Shown here in pieces: positions 1 to 10,970 of a stretch of 64,000 bases of DNA. How positions within the stretch are numbered: position 1 is the stretch's first letter; the number at the start of each line of letters is the position of its first letter. Location of the stretch: assembly GCA_963785725.1 (NCBI GenBank), contig CAWAWS010000016.1, positions 160,001 to 224,000 on the forward strand. Reading direction: 5' to 3'. The notes under the pieces are model-generated. The model ran no database searches and was not told the origin of the DNA. It saw only the letters and a program-made list of their open reading frames with translations. Source of the stretch: an uncultured delta proteobacterium. Its GTDB lineage: Bacteria > Myxococcota_A > Polyangia > Palsa-1104. A program made the translations under genes and the position numbers.

Positions 1-398
1 TCGAGCTCGCGCGCGCGCCCCACCCGACGAGCACGTCGCCGCCGGCGCCGTCCGCGCCGAGCCCGGCGCCGCCCGCGCCGTCGATCACGTTGACGATCGA
101 GAGCCAGCCGCCGGGCGCCGCGGTCTATCGGTTCTCCGACGGCGTCGAGCTGGGCACGACGCCGTTCGTGCAGCGGCTCGCGCCGCTCGCGGGCGTGCTC
201 CGCCTCGTGCTCAAGCTCCCCGGCTACGCCGACGAGCAGCTGGAGCTGCCGACCGACCGCGACGGCGCCCGCAGTGTCGCGCTGACGAAGCTGCCGCCGC
301 GGCGCGCGGAGATGCGACCGGCGCGACCGCGGCCGCGCGCGCCGCGGGCGCAGCCGAGCGAGCCGGCCATCAAGCTCGACGATCCGTTCGAGAACTGA
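1..398 (+). CDS. C-terminal part of a PEGA-domain protein (probably a Ser/Thr kinase tail), truncated by window edge
   Basis: Pro/Ala-rich linker, then LTIESQPPGAAVY...ELGTTP...LKLPGY (PEGA pattern); ends LDDPFEN, stop at 396-398. Confidence 0.7.
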   Translation, partial: ELARAPHPTSTSPPAPSAPSPAPPAPSITLTIESQPPGAAVYRFSDGVELGTTPFVQRLAPLAGVLRLVLKLPGYADEQLELPTDRDGARSVALTKLPPRRAEMRPARPRPRAPRAQPSEPAIKLDDPFEN

Positions 399-528
399 GC
401 CGCACGCCGAGATCGGACGCCGGCTCGGCGTCTCTCGCGCGCGAACGAATTCCTGCGACGACCGCCGCTACGCCGGCACCAGCAAGCGACAGATACTGCG
501 CGGCGGCGGCGCGTCGAAGCCCCAACCG

Positions 529-876
529 GTGCTGCAGCGCCGCAGTCGCAAAGGGCTGCACGATCTCTTGGTCGCGGTCGTCGAGTCGAATGGCGCGCCG
601 CCGCATGCGCGTGGCTTCGCGCTGGCCGTCATCTGCTCCGCGACGCCGTGGACGCGCCTTGCGTGGCTGCTCGGGCTCATGCGCTCCGCGAATCCCGAGG
701 TCGTCGCGCTGGCGCGGCGGCGGATTCGCCCGCGCACCTCGGTCGAGCCGCTGCCGGCGGAGCGAGCCGTGATCGAAGACGCCCTGGCCCACGCGCCGCT
801 GACCGCCGAAGAGCATGCCCGCATAGCTCGACTTCTGGGCGCGCTAGAAACGACCGCGGCGCTTTCGAGCGACTGA
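529..876 (+). pseudogene. Hypothetical 115-aa ORF or gene fragment at edge of the lower-GC insert
   Basis: Protein-like helical composition but no clear start/RBS and no recognisable family. Confidence 0.3.
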
Positions 877-1395
877 CTTTCGCGGCGTCCATATAAGCAC
901 TGGCGCGCGCCGATTGACGCGACTGCCGCTAACGAACGGCCGCGCGCAATAGCCTTTCCAGCTTCTTCAGGTCGATGTCGGCGAGCCGCTCCGAGTGCCC
1001 GCCGCGCCAAAGCCCGCGCCCTTCGGCCGCCGACTCTGGTCCGTTTGGACACCATGGGACGCTTGACGAACCATTGTTCGAGCCGGCTACGTCGAGCTCT
1101 GGCGTCATCATGAACGCGTGGGGATCGCTTCAAGTCGTCGGTCGAACTCCTCGACGTCGCGATGAACGCGCCGCTATCTAAGAAGCCGCCTAGCCTTTTC
1201 AAGCGAGCCCTTTAGCGTCGTCCCGACGCTAAACCTTCCGGGCTAGGGTATCGACACTCGGCCTCTGCGACAATATGTCGCATGTCTCGGATCTCAATAT
1301 TCTGAAATACTACGACCTGTCATTGCGTGTCGACACCTGGACCGTCACCACCTCGAACCCAGGTGACAGTATCAGGTCAGTCGGAGGGAGACTTG

Positions 1396-2760
1396 ATGCG
1401 GCAGCGAACCGACTATCCCGGCGAACTGGCGAAGCTGCTAAAGCGGCATCTCCGAAGCGCTGCGCTCCCTGACGCTGATGTATTAACGCAGATTCTCGAA
1501 GTTGCATATTTTGCCAGCATGAAGACAGAGGAATCAAAGGCAATTGCATGTTCGCTTTCCTTCGCAGATCCCGAGCGACCGGATCACGATCCTCCGCGAA
1601 AAGTTCGTCATCATAGATGGAGATTCTTCCCAGTTGGCGAGCGATTGCCTTTTAGTGTGCGGAACCTGGTTAAACTCGCACCCGTCGCGCAGTCGGCAGC
1701 CCTTTCAATCGCGATCTTCGCCGACTCGAAGCAGCCGCCGTATATTTGGGGACTTGTGGACCAGGAGATTCATCATCGGCGGTCACGAGTTTTCGAGGCA
1801 GATGGAACCTTTGGTCGGCCTGGTCTGTTCCAAATTGATATTCAAGGGATCGGCCATATTGAGGCCTATTGTGACCTTGAATTTGTCGGTGCTTTGCGAA
1901 CGAACCGGCTCTCTACGCAAAGACTAGACGCATTGCGCACCGGGCCGCTATTCAACTCCCTGTTCGACCGAGCACTTGAAGGTGTGTTCTTTCCAGTAGC
2001 AAAGGAACTGGGCTACCGAAAGCAAGAACTGCTGCCCAGCGGAGATGAGGTCAACGACTTGTTAGTTGAGTCAATCGACTCATGGCTTGGATTGATCTGC
2101 CGAGTGCTGCATCGCATTCAGCGATATCGCCATGGTGGCGCGTTGTTGATAACCCCCGATGCGCGTTCAAGAGAACTTAAGATCAAGCATCGAATAAGAT
2201 ATGATCGACTAACAGACCTTCTCGTGACACGACTCGCTGCTAATAAACGCGCGCGGCGCTTCGGTGACGCTATCGGCGCAGCACTGGAGGACGGAGGTTC
2301 GCCAACCGGATCCCAGTATTACGGCGAACGAGTTGAAGACGGCGAATCGGAGGACGCCGAAACGGCAATCATGGGAGCTGTTGCCTTCGTGGCCGCGCTA
2401 TCACAAATCGACGGACTAGTGCTACTCGGCCCGGGACTTCGGCTACGAGGTTTTGGTGTGGAGATAAGGACGAAGGCGGAACCAGCAGCCATCTTCGCCG
2501 CAGGAGATACGGGCGCGAGCGTCAGAAATCTTCGACGTATAGGTTCGGAGCATTTTGGCACGCGACATCGTTCTATGTTCCGATACTGTGCAGCGAATGA
2601 CGGTGCGGTTGGATTCGTAGTCTCGCAGGATGGCGATATCCGCGCGATCACCAATGTTCGCGGCAAAGTCGTGATGTGGGAAGATCTAAATCTCTACAAT
2701 TACGAGAACGAAGTGTTTGGGAAAGAGGCAATCAGAAATGCCCGCCGACGTAAGCGCTAG
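1396..2760 (+). CDS. DisA_N/DAC (diadenylate cyclase-like) protein with N-terminal putative sensor (DACNV-type) region
   Basis: GGAGGGAG RBS at 1383-1390 before ATG 1396; motifs SQIDGLVLL (DGA-like), FGTRHRS (RHR) and VVSQDG; no TM helices; visibly lower GC than flanks. Confidence 0.8.
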   Translation: MRQRTDYPGELAKLLKRHLRSAALPDADVLTQILEVAYFASMKTEESKAIACSLSFADPERPDHDPPRKVRHHRWRFFPVGERLPFSVRNLVKLAPVAQSAALSIAIFADSKQPPYIWGLVDQEIHHRRSRVFEADGTFGRPGLFQIDIQGIGHIEAYCDLEFVGALRTNRLSTQRLDALRTGPLFNSLFDRALEGVFFPVAKELGYRKQELLPSGDEVNDLLVESIDSWLGLICRVLHRIQRYRHGGALLITPDARSRELKIKHRIRYDRLTDLLVTRLAANKRARRFGDAIGAALEDGGSPTGSQYYGERVEDGESEDAETAIMGAVAFVAALSQIDGLVLLGPGLRLRGFGVEIRTKAEPAAIFAAGDTGASVRNLRRIGSEHFGTRHRSMFRYCAANDGAVGFVVSQDGDIRAITNVRGKVVMWEDLNLYNYENEVFGKEAIRNARRRKR

Positions 2761-3118
2761 CCAATGCGGTTAGCTTCAACCCGAATGTGGCTCCGCAAGC
2801 GAGCGCAGCTCGGTCGACTAATAGTAAACTGGGTGTAACGGCTGAGATCTATGGCATCGCCCTCGACAACGCAGCCGGTAGCTGGCTACGGAGGCGGCTA
2901 CTTCGACAGGCTCAAGACATTCATCGCCGAGCTGGCGGCGGCCGGCCCGGGGCTGCTCATCTGACTCAATTAACGCCAGGCGCAGGTCGTAGCGGCGTGG
3001 ACGCGCGTTGGCCTCCGCGAGCCGCCTCCGGCGTCCGCGGAGGATTCACGATTGCGCCGGATCACGGCAGACGGCGTTGCGCGATGCATCGCAGCTGCAG
3101 GTATGCGTAGATCGCCTC

Positions 3119-5819
3119 ATGCGCAGGTTCGAGCTGAGCGACGGCACGTCGAACAAGTTCTGGGAGGTCGACGTCGAAGGTGAGGCGCTGACCACACGCT
3201 GGGGTCGCATCGGCACCGCCGGTCAAACCAAGAGCAAGCGCTTCGCCGGCGCCGACAAAGCCAAGGCCGAGCACGATGCGTTGGTGCGCGAGAAGCTGGG
3301 CAAGGGCTACAGCGAGTGTGCGGCAGCGACGGCGCCGCCGGGCACCTCGACGGCAGCGTCGGCGTCGCTCGCAATCGTCGTCGCCGCTGGTAACGCGCCG
3401 GCCGCCGCCACGCCGCTCGCGACGGCCACCGCGACCCAAAGCGCGGCACCCGAGGCTGTATCGGCGCCGCCGGCCACGCCCGCTGCGGCAGAGGCGATTG
3501 CGGCGCCGTCGCTCGTGCCCACGCCGACGCCAATGCCGGCGCCGGCTCCGCCGGTCGCGGCCGTCGACGCCGGCGCGGCGACGGCCCGCCGCGGTGGCGA
3601 CGGCCGATCAGCTGCCGCCGCTCTTGGTGACGCCGCCCTGGCTCGAGACCAAGCCGCGAACGGAGCGCAAGCCGCTGACGATCGCGACGCAGCCGCTGCC
3701 CAATGCCATGGTCTGGCAGCCGGGACAGAAGGAGTCGTGGGCCAAGGCGCATTCGTGGTCCAACTACCTCGCGAACAATCCCGAGGCCGATCACCAACAG
3801 GAGGCGTTGCGCCGGCTGGGCCTCGACGCCGCCCAGCTCGACCCCCAGCGTTCGCCCGAGCAGCTGCGCGCGCTCCTCGTCGAGTCGACCGCGCGCACGC
3901 ACTTCAGTGGCACGTTCTTGACGCGGCTGCCGTCGGACGTGGGGCTGGCGGCGTGGGAAGTGGCGCCCGTGCACGGCCTCCTGCACGGCTACGAGCGGCC
4001 GGAGCGCTTCTTGGCCCAATACGAGCTGCTGGCGCTGCCGGGCCTGGTGCGCTTGGTGACGAGGACGCCGACGGAGACGATCGAGCTCTGCATGCCGTTC
4101 GCCGCGGCGGCGCTGGCGCTGCCGATGGCGCAAGCGCTCGCGAACGTGAAGAAGGCGCGGGCCAGCGCGCTCGGCTGGCTCGTCGCGCATCCCGAGCACG
4201 CTGCCGCCGGCCTCATCCCCTACGCCGTCGCCGACGCCTCGCCGGCCAGCGACGCCGCCGGCGCCGCGCTGCGCCTCTTGGCCGCCAACGGCCACGACGC
4301 GGCCATCGCCCGCGCCGCCGCGCGTTACAACGCCGGCGTCGAGCGCGCCGTGAGCGCCGTGCTCGCCTTCGATCCGCTGCAGCTCGTGCCGGCCAAGCTG
4401 CCCAAGCTGCCGCCGTTCGCGCGTCCGAGCGCGCTGGGCGCGCCGCTCTTGCGCGGCCGGAGCGCCGCCCTGCCCTCGTCCGCCGTCGAGCATTTACTGA
4501 CGGTGCTCTCCTTCTCGCGGCTCGACGCGCCTTACGCCGGCCTGGCCGTGGTGCGGCAGCTGTGCGACCCCGACTCGCTGGCGCAGCTCGCCTGGGATCT
4601 CTTCTCGGCTTGGCTTTTGGCGGGCGCGCCGGCCAAGGAAGTGTGGGCCTTCCACGCGCTCGGCCATTTCGGCGACGACGCCGCCGCGCGCCGGCTGGCC
4701 GCGATGGTGCGCGAATGGCCGGGCGAAGCGGCGCACGCGCGCGCCGTCGTCGGTCTCGACGTGCTGGCCGCCATCGGCACCGACGTGGCGCTGATGCACC
4801 TCAACGGCATCGCGCAGAAGGTCAAGTTCAAGGGCCTGCAGGAGCGGGCGCGCGACCGCATCGGCGCCGTGGCCGCGGCGCGCGGCCTGACCACCGACGA
4901 GCTGGCCGATCGATTGGTGCCCGATCTCGGCCTCGACGAGCGCGGCGCGCTGGTGCTCGACTTCGGGCCGCGCAGCTTCACCGTCGGCTTCGACGAGCTG
5001 CTGCGGCCGTTCGTGCGCGACCCGTCGGGCAAGCTGTTGCCCGATTTGCCCAAGCCCGGCAAGCGCGACGACGCCGAGCGGGCGTCGGCGGCGCAAGCGG
5101 TCTGGAAAGCGCTCAAGAAGGACGTCAAGACGCTGGCCGGTCAGCAGCTCTTGCGCCTCGAGCTCGGCATGTGCGCGCGCCGTCGCTGGACGGCCGAGGT
5201 GTTCCGCCTCTTCTTGGTCGAGCATCCGCTGCTGCAGCACGTCGTGCGGCGCGTCTTGTGGGGCGTGTATGCCGAGGACGGCGCGCTGGCCGGCACCTTT
5301 CGCGTCAGCGAGGACGGCAGCTACGCCGACGCCGGCGACGCGGCGTTCACGCTGCCCGACAGCGCCGTCGTCGGCGTCGTGCACGCGCTCGATCTCGACG
5401 CGGCGGTCGCGGCGCGCTGGGGCCAGCTCTTCGCCGACTACGAGATCCGGCAGCCGTTCACGCAGCTCGGCCGCGAGACGTACACGATCGAAGCCGGCGA
5501 GCGCGACACGCGCAAGCTCGGGCGCATCGCCGGCCTCGAGGTGGCGACCGGCAAGCTGCTCGGGCTCGAGGAGCGCGGCTGGCGGCGCGGCTCGGCGCAG
5601 GACTCCGGCTGCATCTGGTGGATCGAGAAGCAGCTTCCCGGCGGCCACAGCGCGCACTTGACGATGGATCCCGGCTTCGCCGTGGACGCCATCGCCGAAC
5701 ATCCGGAGCAGATCTTGGGCGAGGTCACCATCGAAGAGGCCGGCGTCATGCCGTTCGGCCAGCTCGACCGGATCGTGTTCAGCGAGCTGGTGCGCGATCT
5801 CGAAGCGCTGCGTCGCTAA
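3119..5819 (+). CDS. WGR-domain / DUF4132 (MolR-like) protein, one frameshift near 3560-3600
   Basis: MRRFELSDGTSNKFWEV...RWGRIGTAGQ (WGR) in one frame; ADRLVPDLGLD...LDFGPRSF...HPLL...QPFTQLGR (DUF4132) in the 3276 frame. Confidence 0.85.
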
Positions 5820-5880
5820 AGAGGAAGATCCGCCCGCGCAGACGCGACGCCGCCGGCCGAGCGACGCCAGTGGGCGCGCC

Positions 5881-6798
5881 TTACGTGAACAGATCGGTGC
5901 GCGCCGCGACGTAAGCTTTCATGGCGTCGACGAACGCGCGCACCTTCGGCGCCGTCGTGCGCGCGCTCGGCGTGACAACCGAGAACGGGCCCGACGCCGG
6001 TCGAAAGCCGGCTGGCTCGAGGATCGTGATGCCCGGATGCGCGAGGGCCGCGGCGCGCGGGATGATGGAGAGCCCCAGACCGGCGGCGACGAGCTGCGTC
6101 GCCAGCGATTTCGTCGGCACGAGGGCGCGCGGCGCCGCCGGCGTCACCGCCACGGTCGCGCCGCCCTTCGCCGCGACGAAGTGCCAGGTTTGGCGGCGCG
6201 ATCGCCCGCACATGACGATCGCGTGCGCCGCATCGGCGAGGTCGCGCGGGTGGCGCAGCGGCGGAGCTCGCTCCAGATAGCGGGCCGCGCCGGCGAGCAC
6301 CGGCGAGATGCGCCCCAGCCGCACGACGCCGTGCGTGCTGCCGGCGCGGATGGCGCCGACGTGCAGCGCGGCGTCGAAGCCGTCGGCGACGCCGTCGAGC
6401 GGGCCGTCCGTGGCCACGACCTCCACGCGCAGCTCCGGATAGCGCGCGAGCATGTCCGCGAGCACCGTGTGCAGCATGTCGTTGGCCGGCGTCGGAACCG
6501 ACAGGCGCAGGATTCCGCGCGGCGTCTGCCGATGATCGGCGACCACGCGCTCGGCCTCCTCGAGCTCGCTGCGCACGCGACGGCCGCGCACGGCCAGCAG
6601 CTCGCCGACCTCGGTCGCGCGCAGGCGACGCGTCGTGCGCTCGAGCGCGCGCACGCCGAGGCGCCGCTCGAGCGCGGCCACCCGGCGCGACAGCGTCGAC
6701 GGCGGCACGTCGAGCTCGGCGGCGGCGCGCGCGAAGGAGCCGCCGTCGATCACGCGGGCGAGCACCACCAGATCGGGTTCGTCGAGGCGTTCTCCCAT
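5881..6798 (-). CDS. LysR-family transcriptional regulator
   Basis: GSFARAAAELDVPPSTLSRRVAALERRLGVRALERTTRRL HTH; divergent from SDR. Confidence 0.9.
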   Translation of the reverse strand: MGERLDEPDLVVLARVIDGGSFARAAAELDVPPSTLSRRVAALERRLGVRALERTTRRLRATEVGELLAVRGRRVRSELEEAERVVADHRQTPRGILRLSVPTPANDMLHTVLADMLARYPELRVEVVATDGPLDGVADGFDAALHVGAIRAGSTHGVVRLGRISPVLAGAARYLERAPPLRHPRDLADAAHAIVMCGRSRRQTWHFVAAKGGATVAVTPAAPRALVPTKSLATQLVAAGLGLSIIPRAAALAHPGITILEPAGFRPASGPFSVVTPSARTTAPKVRAFVDAMKAYVAARTDLFT

Positions 6799-6871
6799 TC
6801 GTGCAGTATCGCACGGCTCAAGTGACGATGCGTGCGTTGCGGCGCGACCGGCTGGGGTCCAAGCTGAGCGC

Positions 6872-7735
6872 ATGACCCAGAACATCCTCATCACCGGCAC
6901 CAGCACCGGCTTCGGCAACCTGAGCGCGCTGGCGCTCGCGCGCCGCGGCCACCGCGTGTTCGCGACGATGCGCGATCCCGACGGCAAGAATCGCGAGCGC
7001 GCCGCCGCCCTGCGCGCCGCCAAGAACGTCGAAGTCCTCGCGCTCGACGTCACCAGCGAAGCGTCGGTCGACGCCGCCGTGGCCGCCGCGCTGCGCTCGG
7101 CCGGCCACCTCGACGCCGTCATCAACAACGCCGTCCAGGCCACCGTCGGCCTCAACGAGACGATCACGCCCGCCCAGCTCCTGCGCCTGCTCGACACCAA
7201 CGTCGTCGGCATCCAGCGCGTGAACCGCGCGGTGCTGCCGGCCATGCGCGAGCGGCGCTCCGGCCTCATCGTTCACGTGTCGAGCTCGCTCGGGCGCATC
7301 TTGATGCCGCTGACGGGGCTGTACGCAGCGTCGAAGTTCGCCGTCGAGGCGCTGGCCGAGACCTACCGCTACGACTTGAAGGGCTGCGGCGTCGAGGTCA
7401 CGATCGTGCAGCCGGGCGCCTATCCAACGGAGCTCGGCAGCGGCGATCCGTACGGCGCCGACCAAGCGCGCGCCAAAGGCTACGGTCCGATGGCCGGCGC
7501 GCTCGACGGATTCGTCGCGTGGGCTCAGTCGATGAAGACCGATCCCAACGCGCCCAACCCGCAGCAGGTGGCCGATGCGCTGGTGGCGCTCGTCGAGAGC
7601 CCGGCCGGTCAGCGGCCGGCGCGCGTCGTCGTCGACGCGACGAACGGCCCGGCCGTGCCGCGGCTCAACGAGGCGCACGCCGAGGTGCAGCGCCAGCTCT
7701 TGCAGACGATGGGGATGGGCGCGCTCGCCGACTGA
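6872..7735 (+). CDS. Short-chain dehydrogenase/reductase
   Basis: ITGTSTGFG, INNA, YAASK catalytic motif. Confidence 0.92.
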   Translation: MTQNILITGTSTGFGNLSALALARRGHRVFATMRDPDGKNRERAAALRAAKNVEVLALDVTSEASVDAAVAAALRSAGHLDAVINNAVQATVGLNETITPAQLLRLLDTNVVGIQRVNRAVLPAMRERRSGLIVHVSSSLGRILMPLTGLYAASKFAVEALAETYRYDLKGCGVEVTIVQPGAYPTELGSGDPYGADQARAKGYGPMAGALDGFVAWAQSMKTDPNAPNPQQVADALVALVESPAGQRPARVVVDATNGPAVPRLNEAHAEVQRQLLQTMGMGALAD

Positions 7736-7909
7736 CCGACCGCGATGCGCCGGCTCGTCAGCGCTGCCGTGGTAACGTGGCCGCTCGTGCTTACGATCGG
7801 ACCGCGAGCGCTGCGGCGGACAAGAAGTGCCGCGACCGTCACGTCGACTGAGCGAGCGTTTGCCGGCCCGCAGGTCGCGGCGAACGCAGCCGAAGCGCCT
7901 GGTGTTGAC

Positions 7910-8566
7910 GTGGATCCTGGGTTACAGCGCGGCGCACGAGCGGCGCGCGCCGAGGTCGTCACGGGCGCGCTGCGCGGCTCGGCCCTCGTCGAGCGCTTGC
8001 TGGCGGTGCCGTTCGCCGAGCGCGACGCGTGGCTCGATGCGCTGCTCGGGGTCGACGTCCCGCCGCCGGACGTGCCGGATCTGCCGCAAGGCGTCGTGCC
8101 CTATCTGCCGAGCGGCGTCGCCGAGATCCTGGCGATGGTGCAAGAAGCGCCGGTCGGCGCCGACGACGTGCTCGTCGATCTCGGCTCCGGCCTCGGCCGC
8201 GCGTTGATCCTCGCCCACCTGGTCTCGGGCGCGCGCGCCCACGGCATCGAAATCCAGGCGCCGCTCGTCGCCGGAGCGCGCGCGCACTGCGCCGAGCTCG
8301 GCCTCGGCCGGATCACCTTCACGCACGCCAATGCCGCCGAAGTCGCGCTCGACGGCTCGCGCTTCTTCCTCTACGCGCCCTGCAACGGCGCCCTGCTCGT
8401 GCGGCTGCTCGCACGGCTGCGAGAGGTCGCGCAGCGCCGGCCGATCGTCGTCGGCACGGTCGGCTTCGAGCTCCACGACGTCGCCTGGCTTCAGCCGCGC
8501 GCCTCGAGCTGCTGCGCGCTCATGCTCTACGACTCGCGCGCCTCGTCGCCCGACTCCGGCGACTAG
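7910..8566 (+). CDS. Class I SAM-dependent methyltransferase (start uncertain)
   Basis: VLVDLGSGLGR SAM-binding motif, GIEI, FFLYAP. Confidence 0.75.
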   Translation: MDPGLQRGARAARAEVVTGALRGSALVERLLAVPFAERDAWLDALLGVDVPPPDVPDLPQGVVPYLPSGVAEILAMVQEAPVGADDVLVDLGSGLGRALILAHLVSGARAHGIEIQAPLVAGARAHCAELGLGRITFTHANAAEVALDGSRFFLYAPCNGALLVRLLARLREVAQRRPIVVGTVGFELHDVAWLQPRASSCCALMLYDSRASSPDSGD

Positions 8567-8576
8567 CGGCGGGCGC

Positions 8577-10970
8577 TCACTCGCCCTGGCCGGCGGCGCG
8601 GCGCGCGCGGATCGGCTCGGGCTCGGTCGCCGCCGCCACGCGCGAGAAGTCGCCGCTGGCCGAGAGCGCGAAGCGCGGCCAATTCTCCGGCGTGTCGAGG
8701 CTGTCTTCGGGCCGTGTGAACTGCGTCTTCAGAAAGTCGACCATGTCGAGCGGCCCCAGGATTCGGCGCAAGATCGGCTCCAGCTTGGCCGCCGTCTGCT
8801 GCTGCCCCGCGGTCGGCGGCGCCCGTCCATCGAGCTCCAGCCACAGCTGCATCAGCCTGAGCTTCTGCGACTGGTTCACGTAGATTTCGTAGCGGAACAG
8901 CGCCAACAAGAAGGCGCCCGATTGCATCGTCAGCTTGGGCAGGTGCTCGTTGGCCAGCGCCGGCGTCGCCACCACCGCGTCGTAGGCGGCGCGCCCTTCG
9001 GCCAAGATGTGGCGCGTCAACAGCCCCAGGTGGTAGTGGGTCTTGGCGTCGAGCGTCGGCTTGACCTTGCCGAACACCGGCCAGATGCCGCGCTCGAGGA
9101 ACAGCGGCTCGAGGCGCGCCAACAAGAGCGCGCCGTAGCGGCCGGCGATGCGCTCGAAATGGTAGAGCCGCTCGCGTCCGTACTTGGCGCGCAGCTCGGT
9201 CACGATCGCGCCGAGGCCGCTCCAATCGTGATCGCGCTTCGACGTGATGCTGGGCAGAAACTCGTTCCAGAAGCAGGCCACTTCGTCGGCGCCGAAGCCG
9301 TCGGCGTCGACTAGCACCAGCTCGTGCACGCTCTCGCCCGCTTGCGCGCGGCGCATCAGCTTGGCGAGCGACGAGCGGCTCAGCCAGACGCGATCGTCGA
9401 GGTGCCACAGCTCGGGCGGCGGCCAGGCGTGCTCGCCGAAGCCGCCTTGGCGCGTCACCGGGCCCGAATGCGGACCCATGAGCGTCTTCTTCCACCAGCG
9501 CCCGCTCGCGCGCAGCTCGGCGATCGTCGTCGGCTCGAGGATGTAGCTGCGCACGCGCGCCGCGATCGGCGGACCAGGCTTTTGCGGAATCGTCTTGGGA
9601 TCGAACGCCAGGCTCGGCATCCAGCCTTCGACCGCGCGGCGCATGAGGTGCCACGAGCCGCCCGCCTGCACGTGACCGTAGGGATCCCACACACCGACGA
9701 GGTTGCGCAGCACCGTCGCGTCGCTCAGGCCGAAGACGTCGTAGATCAACGCTTGATCGAGCCGCGCGTGGTGCGGCGCGCAGAAGCGCGGCCGCGAGCG
9801 CTCGTGCGTCGGCGAGAAGCGATGGCCGAGCGAATGCCACTCTTGTCCGTCCCACGTGACCTCCATGACCGGCGCGACCTTGATCGGCGGCGACGGCTTG
9901 GACGGAAAGACGCCGTACGAGTGCAGCCAGCGGAAGGGATGCAGGACGCGATAGAGCGTGATCGGCGCGGTGAGAAAACGCGGGCGAATGCGCGTCCAGA
10001 CCGGCCAGTTGAGCCAGGTCATCGTGCAGTAGCTGTTGAACGGGAACGACAGGGCGGCGCCGATCATGTGCAAGAGGATGATCGCGTGCAGCCACAGCGG
10101 ACCCGCGGGCGAGAAGAACTGCGCGAACGAGAACGCCTGCGCCGTCTGCGGATCGAGCCAGCTCAGCGACACGATCATCATGACGAGGCTGAAGTAGCCG
10201 AACGTTCCGCAGAGCCAGATGACCAGCATGAGGAGATCGATCGCCAGCGCCCCGACGTAGCTCAGCCGCGGCACGAAGACGGTGAACGGGATCGGGACCT
10301 CGACGATGAACATGAAATAGAGCGCCAGCTTCAGCGTCCACATGGGCAGCTTCTGCATGAACCAGGCGATGACCGACGGCAGCGGCTGATTGATGAGGAA
10401 GGCTTTGAGGTAGCCCGTGTCTTGCCGCGTGCTGCCGAGGAACTTGAACTTGCCGAAGCCGAGGAGCACGCGAAACAAGAGCAGGCGATAGACCCACGCC
10501 AAGGCCGGGTCCGGCGCGACCACCGCCGTCACGTCGGGCATGAGGTGCAAGGGCGGCAGGAACATCGCGAAGAAGCCGGCCTCGAACATCATCGAGTCCC
10601 ACGGGAACATCAGGTACAAGACGCGATCGAGGGTGAGATAGAGCAGGTAGCAGGCGACGAAGGCCACGCGGCTGTAAGGCCCGCCGACGAAGGCCGCGCC
10701 GGCGGCGAAGAGGCCGAGCCAGGCGAACGAGCCGAGCGCGGCGTCGCTGTTGTGGATCCACGACAGCGTCGGGAAATAGAAGAAGCGGCGCCAGCTCGGA
10801 AAGTCACGGCGCATCCAAGCCAGACGATCGCGCATCGGGAGGTAGCCGCGCGTGCCGGCCATGACGAGCACCTGGTTCGTCATCGAGGCGAACGAGATGA
10901 AATAGACGAGCGCCAAGCCGCGCGACAAGAGGCCCCACACGAGCTCGGGCGCGAGCGACGGCTGCGTCAC
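8577..10970 (-). CDS. Lipase maturation factor (LMF1)-family membrane protein with long C-terminal extension
   Basis: RGLALVYFISFAS, FPWDSMMFEAGF, LLFRVLLGFGKFK, QPLPS, SYGVF, APHHARLD. Confidence 0.8.
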   Translation of the reverse strand: MTQPSLAPELVWGLLSRGLALVYFISFASMTNQVLVMAGTRGYLPMRDRLAWMRRDFPSWRRFFYFPTLSWIHNSDAALGSFAWLGLFAAGAAFVGGPYSRVAFVACYLLYLTLDRVLYLMFPWDSMMFEAGFFAMFLPPLHLMPDVTAVVAPDPALAWVYRLLLFRVLLGFGKFKFLGSTRQDTGYLKAFLINQPLPSVIAWFMQKLPMWTLKLALYFMFIVEVPIPFTVFVPRLSYVGALAIDLLMLVIWLCGTFGYFSLVMMIVSLSWLDPQTAQAFSFAQFFSPAGPLWLHAIILLHMIGAALSFPFNSYCTMTWLNWPVWTRIRPRFLTAPITLYRVLHPFRWLHSYGVFPSKPSPPIKVAPVMEVTWDGQEWHSLGHRFSPTHERSRPRFCAPHHARLDQALIYDVFGLSDATVLRNLVGVWDPYGHVQAGGSWHLMRRAVEGWMPSLAFDPKTIPQKPGPPIAARVRSYILEPTTIAELRASGRWWKKTLMGPHSGPVTRQGGFGEHAWPPPELWHLDDRVWLSRSSLAKLMRRAQAGESVHELVLVDADGFGADEVACFWNEFLPSITSKRDHDWSGLGAIVTELRAKYGRERLYHFERIAGRYGALLLARLEPLFLERGIWPVFGKVKPTLDAKTHYHLGLLTRHILAEGRAAYDAVVATPALANEHLPKLTMQSGAFLLALFRYEIYVNQSQKLRLMQLWLELDGRAPPTAGQQQTAAKLEPILRRILGPLDMVDFLKTQFTRPEDSLDTPENWPRFALSASGDFSRVAAATEPEPIRARRAAGQGE

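Noticed and set aside
929..1111. Minus-strand ORF ending RLADIDLKKLERLLRAAVR, resembling a DUF1801-type C-terminus
   Set aside because: Only ~20 residues of resemblance; at most a decayed fragment.
880..3000. Insertion sequence or prophage as the carrier of the lower-GC insert
   Set aside because: No transposase, integrase, tRNA site, terminal inverted repeats or target duplication found by eye.
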